DNA from: a virus
IMG/VR virus record: IMGVR_UViG_3300005683_000016
Coordinates: 64,001 to 128,000 of that record
Length of the DNA stretch: 64,000 bases
Direction: 5' to 3' (one strand)
Positions 8,730 to 16,482 of the stretch are shown one piece after another. The notes below the pieces were generated by a model. The model made no database searches. It saw only the letters and a program-made list of their open reading frames with translations, and was not told the DNA's origin. The translations under genes were made by a program, and so were the position numbers. How positions within the stretch are numbered: position 1 is the stretch's first letter; each line of letters opens with the position of its first letter.

Positions 8730-9941
8730 TTACAAAACGTGTTTAACCGTTTTAAACTTAAGACCTTTGTAATGTTTTTTACCTTCGTAAAGAACCTTTT
8801 CGATTGCTTTTCTTTTGAACTCTGGATGTTTAGATATAAAATCATTGATGGAAGGATATTCAGTTTCGGTATCTCCATTTATTACAATTAGTTTTACTTT
8901 AGGCGCATTTGATGTATTTACCCTAAACTTAACTGACTCTAATTTATCTTCATAAGCAAAAGGATATTGAAGAGTGGGAAGTCCTTTACATAAAATAGTC
9001 CGCAAAGAACTTTCGTTTAAATCGTGCTCTATAAGTAAATGCTTAACCGAAGCATATCTTTTTAAAATATTTTTATCTTGATCTATGTGAAGAACGTTGG
9101 TGGTTTTTTTTCTTATTGTATATAGTTCATTAGGATCATATTCTTTTTCTGGAACAAAGATTAATCCTTTAGTAGATCGCTGTCCTTCTTTACCATATAG
9201 AATTCTTTCTAAAGCATTTACAGATACTTGGGGATAAGTGTCTCTAATCTCTTTAGGAGAAGTAAAGGTTTTAATTATTTCTGAAGAATCAGGTTTGATC
9301 TGGAAAATGTTTCCTAATGAAGTAAAAAGTTGAACTTCAAATTCTTCTTTAGTGACTATTCTATAAGGGTTGAGAAAAAGATATACGTCTTTCACTAAAC
9401 CTGTTTCTTTAGATGTTAAGATTATTTTGAGTTTATTGTTACTCTTTCTATCTAAGAAAATAGAATGAGTGTCTTTGAATTTTAAAGTACGTTCTATAAT
9501 ATTGGTTTTAATAGAATCTTCTATGCCATCGAGTGTTTTTAACTTTGAATAATGTTCAAAGTTTTTCTCAGACATTCTCTTCTGCTTACGTTCTCTTTCT
9601 TGTATATGCCATTCTGCATTAAAAGTACCCTGGATAGCCGATTGAAAATTATACCCCCCACCCACTTTTAAGGACTCATAATAATCCATCCAGTAATCTT
9701 CTCTTTCGTTTAAGAGAGATTTATTATTAGGGTCAATAAGTTCTAATATCCTAAACACAAATGCTTGTTCTCCATACTTATTCCAAGAAGATTGTAAATA
9801 AGTATTACCGTGTATTCCTTTTCTTAGAGAAGATCTATGTTGTGACCACCTCGAAGTAATATTTACACTTTGACCAATGTAACGTTTGTTGTTTTCTAAA
9901 TTAAGAATTTCGTAGATACCTGATTTTGCTTTGTGTGTCAT
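8730..9941 (-). CDS. GIY-YIG homing endonuclease
   Basis: SGIYEI...RYIGQS..ITSRWSQH; likely start MTHK at 9941. Confidence 0.85.
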   Translation of the reverse strand: MTHKAKSGIYEILNLENNKRYIGQSVNITSRWSQHRSSLRKGIHGNTYLQSSWNKYGEQAFVFRILELIDPNNKSLLNEREDYWMDYYESLKVGGGYNFQSAIQGTFNAEWHIQERERKQKRMSEKNFEHYSKLKTLDGIEDSIKTNIIERTLKFKDTHSIFLDRKSNNKLKIILTSKETGLVKDVYLFLNPYRIVTKEEFEVQLFTSLGNIFQIKPDSSEIIKTFTSPKEIRDTYPQVSVNALERILYGKEGQRSTKGLIFVPEKEYDPNELYTIRKKTTNVLHIDQDKNILKRYASVKHLLIEHDLNESSLRTILCKGLPTLQYPFAYEDKLESVKFRVNTSNAPKVKLIVINGDTETEYPSINDFISKHPEFKRKAIEKVLYEGKKHYKGLKFKTVKHVL

Positions 9942-10114
9942 GTTATATGTTTTTGATTGCGGGGGTAAAGGTACAAAAAAATAAGAAGGGTGTATGGATT
10001 TTAACATTTTGTTATGCTTGTAAGATAGCATAAGTTTAGCCTCATCCCCCTCACCCATCCTCAATTTGATCTCCTACGCCCCCTATGGGTTATTTGGAGA
10101 TCATATTTTTTCAC

Positions 10115-10468
10115 ATGAAAATTTCCAGCAACATGGCTGCTAAAAATGAAAAGTGGAATGTCCTCACTCGTGGTGAAGTGTTCCAAAAACCAATCCTGTC
10201 AGTAAAACCTGTTGAAGTCAACGGTGTTCCCAAATACGTCATCAATGAGATGTATTGGAGCACTGTAAGGCCCGCAGAAGATGTGGCCTTTGTATGTCTT
10301 CAGCATGTCACTTTGGAACGCGGTGAAGGTGACAAGAAGGAAACACAGACTACGGTCAATGTGGTGTCCTACGCACGTCAATCCGCACAGATGTCCGTGC
10401 AGGACAAAATCAAGACCATCACAGAAAATCCCGATGTTGCAATGGCTCTTGCAACCCTTTTGAAATAG
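10115..10468 (+). CDS. Hypothetical protein, first gene of plus-strand block
   Basis: Higher GC than flanks, followed by strong terminator. Confidence 0.7.
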   Translation: MKISSNMAAKNEKWNVLTRGEVFQKPILSVKPVEVNGVPKYVINEMYWSTVRPAEDVAFVCLQHVTLERGEGDKKETQTTVNVVSYARQSAQMSVQDKIKTITENPDVAMALATLLK

Positions 10469-10491
10469 GAGGTAATCCGGGATTAGATCTC

Positions 10492-10535
10492 ACCTTCGTC
10501 CTGTCGTACAATCGTATGATGGGACGAAGGTTTTT
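10492..10535 (+). terminator. Intrinsic terminator
   Basis: ACCTTCGTCC...GGACGAAGGT stem followed by T tract. Confidence 0.8.
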
Positions 10536-10560
10536 ATTTACCTATATTATATATAGGTGT

Positions 10561-10613
10561 AACTGTCCAGAGATATGTATCTCTGCTGATGAGTCCTAAA
10601 GGACGAAACAGTT
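10561..10613 (+). ncRNA. Hammerhead ribozyme, type III
   Basis: Stem III AACTG/CAGTT, GUC cleavage triplet (C10567), stem I CAGAGATA/TATCTCTG, CTGATGA, stem II GTCC-TAAA-GGAC, GAAA. Confidence 0.92.
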
Positions 10614-10741
10614 TTATTTACTATTGGACATCATTAAGGTGCTCCGATAGTATTTAGACCAGAAGGATGGTTTATTAATAATCATTTAATGGTCTTAGTT
10701 ACTTAATTAAGTAAATAGTACAATTAATATTGGTATCAAGC

Positions 10742-11155
10742 CTATTTGTTGTAGTATTGTAATATCTTTTGAATATGAGATATAAACTCATCTATTGTGT
10801 GAGTATATTTCATCATGTTACAGGTATTACAAGAAGGTTGCACATTTTCAAGAGTATATCCTTTTTTAGAATCCACTCGATCAAGACAGTTTGCTTTATC
10901 TCCACAATAAACACAAGGAGTATTTAGCAATGTATCTATTTGATCAACTGTTAAGGAGAACTCAATTCCTTTTCTATTTGCTCGTTTAATATAACCTTCT
11001 GCTTTTCTTTCAGCAGGTGTAAGGTCTTTTAAAGGTTTATTACGAGACGAAATAGATTTAGGTTTTTTCTTTTTCTTGATTTCATGTTGTTGTAACTGCT
11101 GTTTTAATTCAGCAAGTTCTAAAGCAAGTTCGTATCCAGTTTTAATCTGTATCAT
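10742..11155 (-). CDS. HNH (His-Me finger) endonuclease
   Basis: CVYCG...LDRVDSKKGYTLENVQPSCNTCNMMK; TACCTTTG -7 element at 11161-11168 supports start at 11155. Confidence 0.8.
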   Translation of the reverse strand: MIQIKTGYELALELAELKQQLQQHEIKKKKKPKSISSRNKPLKDLTPAERKAEGYIKRANRKGIEFSLTVDQIDTLLNTPCVYCGDKANCLDRVDSKKGYTLENVQPSCNTCNMMKYTHTIDEFISHIQKILQYYNK

Positions 11156-11735
11156 AAATACAAAGGTAATGTTTAAACTGGAATTATCCAAATATAATTT
11201 GATCTCCACGCTGGAGGTTGTGTCATATTGAACCCATAAAAACATGGGTTGACCAAATTATATATTTTGAACTGTTCATTAACTCATCATACCATGACAC
11301 TCATTTTGAATCCGTCAGGTTCCCTGTCCACTGCTGGTGGATATGATTGGGACAAAAAGTAATGAGTAAAACCTTTCTAACAGTCAAGGGTGATTTGTGA
11401 GAGACTGTTATTTTAGTTTTCATTTGGTTAATATTATCTATTTGTTTGGTTAACTGTTTGTTAATTTAAACAAGTGATTTAACCAAGTGGTTAACTGTAA
11501 GTCATTGATTGTCAGGGGTAAATAAGAACACAAACCCCAACAAAATAGCAACAAATCCTCTCAAATATTCAAGAGAGGACAACTATAGAAGTAATAAGCA
11601 AATATTCGGTGCCCAATCGGTGCATCAAGAGATGGTACTCTCCAGTAAAACTCTACGCTGTTCTCAGACTCACCACCTGAAGCAATGCAGATATGGAAGA
11701 ATTAACAATTTTTTCATTTGTAAAATCAAAAAATT

Positions 11736-12068
11736 ATGATACTACTTGGGAAGAGAATTAACCAGACCAACCACCGTCTTGATACGTGGTTGAATGAAAA
11801 CCAGATCCAAAAAGCCATCAATAATGGTGGTAAAGTAGATCTTGGGCCTTGTACGATTGAAATCATCAACAACAATCTCGCTCGTGCTACTTATGAAGAC
11901 GGTGGTTACGAAGAGTATTCGTTTGTTCGTAAGATGTGGGCAGTCTACTTTAATGTAGATGGAATAATGCCCAAATTCTTTTCAACTTCAGAAAAGGCAG
12001 TAGATTTCTTTATATCGGATAAGGAAACAAGTTTTCCGCTTCTTGGTATTCAAGAAATCTGGCGATAA
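11736..12068 (+). CDS. Hypothetical protein
   Basis: ORF with A-rich leader. Confidence 0.7.
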   Translation: MILLGKRINQTNHRLDTWLNENQIQKAINNGGKVDLGPCTIEIINNNLARATYEDGGYEEYSFVRKMWAVYFNVDGIMPKFFSTSEKAVDFFISDKETSFPLLGIQEIWR

Positions 12069-12173
12069 TAGTGGTGCAAATCAGGAGTAACAGTTAAGTT
12101 ACTCCTAATTGTTCTATTTTTTAGATAGGATTAGGCTCTTAGCAGCGCTCAAACCATTAAATAAGAAAAAAAA

Positions 12174-12587
12174 ATGCTTTACCTATTCAACACTACAATC
12201 ATGCCTAATGAAGGCGTGTTTGTAAATCGCAAAGTATCCAAAGAACAAGCCTGGGAGATTATTGCAAACGCACCAGCGTTTACATCTGCGTTGGGCCATC
12301 AAGGCTCAGCAGATGTATTTAATGCTGTGTTTCCAACATTTGAAGTATCTGTAAATCGCATCCAAGCACAAATGCAACCCAAAGATGAGGCAGTATGTCT
12401 CAAAGTGTTGGGTCGTCTTCCAGAAGGACAAATCCTTTCTCTTGAACAATTGCAAGAGATTGGTTTCGAATTTTTCCATGTCCAAATGGTCATGGGAATT
12501 ACAGAAAACCCAATCGCATTTACTTGCGAGATGGGAGGGTCAAAAAACGAAAAAACATTCACCGCGTTTGGTGAGTGTAAATTTTAA
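12174..12587 (+). CDS. acrIII-1: DUF1874/YddF family viral ring nuclease (anti-type III CRISPR)
   Basis: MLYLFN, SALGHQGSA (GH motif), VNRIQ, RLPEGQILSLEQL. Confidence 0.85.
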   Translation: MLYLFNTTIMPNEGVFVNRKVSKEQAWEIIANAPAFTSALGHQGSADVFNAVFPTFEVSVNRIQAQMQPKDEAVCLKVLGRLPEGQILSLEQLQEIGFEFFHVQMVMGITENPIAFTCEMGGSKNEKTFTAFGECKF

Positions 12588-12598
12588 AAAAAACTATT

Positions 12599-12838
12599 AT
12601 GAAAAAACTTTTGCATCCAGTTACCCTTTTCCTGATCGGATATGTAATATCCGTGATTTGGATTTTTTGGGGCACTCCAGTTCCTAAATACTTTAATTGG
12701 CTTCCATTTGGAAACGCCAATGCTGGTATTTTCGTTATTGGAGGAACGGTTCTGATTGCAGCAATAGGAATATTGCTGTTGTTTACAGGATTTAAATATG
12801 TTGATTGGTACGAAAAAAAATATCAATCAAAAGATTAA
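12599..12838 (+). CDS. Small membrane protein (2 TM)
   Basis: Hydrophobic segments. Confidence 0.65.
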   Translation: MKKLLHPVTLFLIGYVISVIWIFWGTPVPKYFNWLPFGNANAGIFVIGGTVLIAAIGILLLFTGFKYVDWYEKKYQSKD

Positions 12839-12911
12839 ACAAATCTACCACGACTGTTAAATGCGCCAGAGGGCTAACAGGTGAAAAGGTAATGCGTAAT
12901 TCAAAGATTTA

Positions 12912-12919
12912 TATCTTTG
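12912..12919 (+). promoter_or_regulatory. Bacteroidota -7 element TATCTTTG
   Basis: Consensus match about 48 nt upstream of ATG 12967. Confidence 0.5.
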
Positions 12920-12966
12920 ACGCGGTAATTTGTTTATTTTAATAAATAAAAAAAAAACAAAAAATT

Positions 12967-13599
12967 ATGAAAAATAAAAAAATCCTGTCTATTGATGCCG
13001 AAACCGATGGACTTTGGGGCAATCCGTTTGTAGTTGCCGCTATCGTATATGAGTGGCAACCAGAAAAATTCATCCCAGGTATGGATCGTGGTGTAGATGG
13101 GTACAGACCTGAACACATCCTTCAAGGATATTGGAAAGAAACCAACAAAATTCTGTTAAAACTACCTGATACAGTGGTTTCTAACCAATGGGTAATCGAG
13201 AACGTATTACCTACATTGAGCAATATCCGCCAACACTCTGGCGGTGCTGGTAGTGAATATGTGAACCATACTCACGAATCTTATGAAGACATGCTGCGTG
13301 ATTTTGCAGCATTTTATCTTGCTCACAAACAAAATGCAGATTGCATCTGCCACATGGGCTACATTGTAGAGGCCCATTTGTTTCGGGAAATGCACCACCT
13401 TGGTCACATAGGAGAATGGGATGCACCATACCCGTTGCTTGATGTGTCAGGCAATCTCCAGCAAGTTGGAGAAGATCCTACAAGTGTAGATAATTATGCT
13501 AAAAAACATCGGTTACCAATCACGGATTATGGTTCAACCCATAATCCCCTGTACGACTGCGAAGTTGCCGCCAAAGTGTATATGCACTTAACACGGTAA
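12967..13599 (+). CDS. DEDDh 3'-5' exonuclease (DnaQ-like)
   Basis: ILSIDAETDG (Exo I), HNPLYD (Exo III). Confidence 0.8.
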   Translation: MKNKKILSIDAETDGLWGNPFVVAAIVYEWQPEKFIPGMDRGVDGYRPEHILQGYWKETNKILLKLPDTVVSNQWVIENVLPTLSNIRQHSGGAGSEYVNHTHESYEDMLRDFAAFYLAHKQNADCICHMGYIVEAHLFREMHHLGHIGEWDAPYPLLDVSGNLQQVGEDPTSVDNYAKKHRLPITDYGSTHNPLYDCEVAAKVYMHLTR

Positions 13600-13604
13600 A
13601 CAAT

Positions 13605-14150
13605 CAAAATCAAAAGTGAAGTGAAATATATCCATAATGTAATAGACGGTAAGCAGTCCGTTGAGCATATTTGGTTAATCGTGAATGTACTATGTACAAT
13701 GCGAGTATTAAGACCTTTAACGGGTTGCAAGGAGATAATATAATTATCAAATTGTAGGACGGCTTTTGATTTTTTTTAATAAGATTACGGTGAGAATCCG
13801 TCTCTCAGCAAAGTAGTAATACTTGAACTAATAGAGAGTGTAATAAGATGTTCAGTAGCGAAGAAATTAATTTTTCTTAGCGAGAATGGAGAAATCCTCT
13901 GAAGTTATTACAGATAACCATGTGGGGCTTATGTCTTGAAATTCTTAAAAAGTGGCGCACTTTTTATTAATAAGTTATAATTCTGTATTAGTACAGCGTA
14001 ACTTAGATTATCAAGCATTAGTGCAGACTTAAAAATCATGGAGTGGTACGACCTCAACTCGTATAATCTTTGTTGCAGATATTGATGAAAACATGAAAAG
14101 ATGTTCTGAGAGTCTTTTAAAAAGGTATCAAAAAGCAAAAGAAATTTTAT
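13605..14150 (+). ncRNA. Large structured RNA (unit 1; possibly ROOL-like)
   Basis: No credible ORF; stems 13609-17/13762-70, 13839-46/13905-12, T-loop-like ACGG-TGAGAAT-CCGT, GGA-GAAA-TCC. Confidence 0.55.
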
Positions 14151-14160
14151 TAAAAATATA

Positions 14161-14595
14161 AAACATTCACTCCGTAAAGTCTCAGTCTTTAACAGGACTC
14201 ATCACAATTCCTTTAACGTAACATAAGTTGGTGGAACAACAGGCTTAGGTCTGTCTCACAAGTATGGTGGAAGTTTGGTTGGTAAAGACAGGAGATAATG
14301 TAATCCGAAAGGATTGGCAGCAGATGGACATTGTGTTCTTAGAACATAAATAGGTCAATACAAGATGAACAGATTAAATGCTGTTATGCTTGGACGTTTC
14401 CTTATCTGCCTTTTCAAGGTAACACTTTCAAACCAGTAATGGTGAGATAATGAAGAGTATACATGTGGCAAAAGTGTTCCAGTAAGAGCATACCCACCTG
14501 ACAGGGTAATTCCAGTTTCCAAATTGTATAAGGAAACAAACGGGTTAGGATATAATTGTGCAGACGCCCTAATAGTTAGGCTAAGGGTGTAACAA
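14161..14595 (+). ncRNA. Unassigned structured RNA, copy A (~435 nt)
   Basis: Shares five core blocks and compensatory pairs with 15238-15678. Confidence 0.75.
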
Positions 14596-15231
14596 CTCCC
14601 AATCATTGGGTTAAATGGTAGTTATCAGTTACTTTAACTGATTTAGTTTACCTGTTTGTATAAATTTAACAGGAGTTCTTGTACATACAAGTGTTGTTAC
14701 TTTTTCCAGCAGTCAGAAAAAAGCGTGTAATCTACGAGATAAGATTAACCTACTGTACTTAGGTTTGAGGGTAGTTCCATGTACAACATTGAACCGAAAG
14801 GTATCATGTAAGCCCTTAAGTGGGATAAATTGAGTTAAATTGTGTTAGGTTGAAAATATACCTGTAAGAAATAATACATTTTTCGCATTTGTGAGATTTG
14901 TTAAGGTTCTTCCACAATAATATCCTACACTCAACGATGGCAGCCGGGTTGGAACCCACAGTAGATAAATAACTATACTCTTTTAGGGAGTGAAGTCAGT
15001 GTAGTTTTACTGAAAAAGTTAGTATTTATTAGACTGTTTAATAGGCGTTTTGTATATTGTAAAGTTGAATTTGTATCATAGAGAATCTGTGGGTGGATTT
15101 GCCTAATGTTAGGTGAGAGTAAGTTCGATCCTTACCGTTGATATAAATTTAACAGATATACAATCCTATACTATATAAGTCTGATCAACTTATGTAGTAA
15201 TTGTGCGACCCACATTATTGTGGGTGACATT
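14596..15231 (+). ncRNA. Unassigned large structured RNA (unit C) with embedded tRNA-like domain
   Basis: Many stems; T arm GTAAG-TTCGATC-CTTAC stacked on TCAACG/CGTTGA; shared 3' motif. Confidence 0.55.
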
Positions 15232-15237
15232 TTTTAA

Positions 15238-15678
15238 AAACATCCACTCTGTAAAGTCTTGTAATTCGCGGAAGGTTTAACCAAATATTCTCTCTTTGGG
15301 GATAAAAAAGGTGAGAATCCTTTTTCTGTGTATAGACAGGAGATGATGTAAACCAATAATATGGTTTGGCAGCAGATGGACATTGTTATTTCTTAAATGA
15401 ACTAATAAATAGGTTACTGTTCAACTTATATAAGTTGAAAGAGATTTCCTTATCTGCCTCTTCACGTTAATAGCGTTCAAGATACACTATGACCGTTGTG
15501 AAATTCAACAGGAACTACTGATTCTATACCAATCAGAGTAGTGTACATCCAGTAATGGTGAGATAATGAAGAGTATACTAAGGGTAGTCCGTAATTCAGA
15601 AATGAATTAGAGTGGGAAAATAGACTTATAAAAATCCTACCTTAGTAATTGTGCGGCATCCCAAGTGGATGCAACATT
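15238..15678 (+). ncRNA. Unassigned structured RNA, copy B (~440 nt)
   Basis: Paralogue of copy A. Confidence 0.75.
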
Positions 15679-15689
15679 TATTAACAAAA

Positions 15690-15723
15690 TTTTAACTTTT
15701 AACTTTTAACTTTTAACTTTTAA
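15690..15723. repeat. Tandem repeat (TTTTAAC) x ~4.9
   Basis: Seen directly. Confidence 0.95.
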
Positions 15724-15736
15724 AATTGTAACGGAC

Positions 15737-16114
15737 ATGCAATTTACATTAGATCACAAAGTAGGAACAAACTATGTAACTGTCACTTTAAGTGGAAAAG
15801 TATCTCCACTTATATGGTGTGAGTTTTTCACAAAACTCCAATATCTTGGAGGAAAACAAGCAGTAGAAGGACAGTCGGATATTTGGCTGTTACCTACTTT
15901 TGTTACATCACAAGTCATTGAAGAAATCATCCATAACACATGTTTCGTGTGTGGTGGATTGATGAAAGATTCTACTGCATTTTTGAATGACTGTGTATCA
16001 TTCGATGATTTTGGTAATGATGCTGGACAACGAGGTACAACACAATCACGTGTTGGAGAAGCAAAACAAGTCAAAGTTCGCAAGTGCTCTTCTTGCGGAC
16101 ACTCACACACTTAA
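15737..16114 (+). CDS. Zinc-ribbon protein
   Basis: CFVCGG...CSSCGH. Confidence 0.65.
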   Translation: MQFTLDHKVGTNYVTVTLSGKVSPLIWCEFFTKLQYLGGKQAVEGQSDIWLLPTFVTSQVIEEIIHNTCFVCGGLMKDSTAFLNDCVSFDDFGNDAGQRGTTQSRVGEAKQVKVRKCSSCGHSHT

Positions 16115-16120
16115 AAACAA

Positions 16121-16283
16121 AACAGGTGTAAGGGGGTGGAACCTTACTTTAAATGCTACCAACATTGGTTGGCCTCCAGGCATGGATGGGTCTAAAGTTC
16201 TTAAAGAACAGGGGTGAATAATGCTTAGAAGTCTGTTAAAAGACAACTTATAGTAGAATATCTCCCATGAAGGCATTACTGTT
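16121..16283 (+). ncRNA. Candidate multi-stem structured RNA
   Basis: Nested stems AACAG/CTGTT, GTAAGG/CCTTAC, AATGC/GCATT, CATGG/CCATG, GTTCT/AGAAC; GC above background. Confidence 0.4.
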
Positions 16284-16300
16284 TTTAAAACAAGCAAACT

Positions 16301-16468
16301 ATGAACAAGATATTGGGAGCATTTAATATAACACGAGAGTATGATGGACGTGAAGTAGACTATATTGGATTTTTATCTTGTACAGACGGAGAATGGGTCG
16401 GATCAGGAGAATCTACATGTATACGATATGTAGAATGGTTGATCCACACCAATCAGATTCCAAATTAA
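16301..16468 (+). CDS. Small hypothetical protein (55 aa)
   Basis: Manual translation MNKILGAFNITREYDG...; below ORF-track cutoff. Confidence 0.55.
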   Translation: MNKILGAFNITREYDGREVDYIGFLSCTDGEWVGSGESTCIRYVEWLIHTNQIPN

Positions 16469-16482
16469 AAAAACAATAAAAT

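Noticed and set aside
11600-11700. Fluoride or ZTP riboswitch-like sequence (GAGATGGTACTCTC)
   Set aside because: The required pseudoknot partner and conserved 3' motif are absent.
13527-14606. Minus-strand ORFs 13527-13730, 13929-14138 and 14355-14606
   Set aside because: Short, opposite to local gene direction, with no motifs; the A/B conservation pattern fits RNA structure rather than codons.
14936-14952. c-di-GMP-I riboswitch (ATGGCAGCCGGGTTG resembles its 3' strand)
   Set aside because: The matching upstream GCAAA/GNRA hairpin and 5' P2 strand were not found at suitable spacing.
14161-15678. CRISPR or mini-array interpretation of the repeated blocks
   Set aside because: Only two copies about 1.1 kb apart, several different blocks, and no regular repeat-spacer period.
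15196-15678. Group II intron (GTGCG motifs)
   Set aside because: No domain V (AGC/CGC triad hairpin), no domain VI and no RT; GTGCG sits at unit 3' ends rather than 5' ends.
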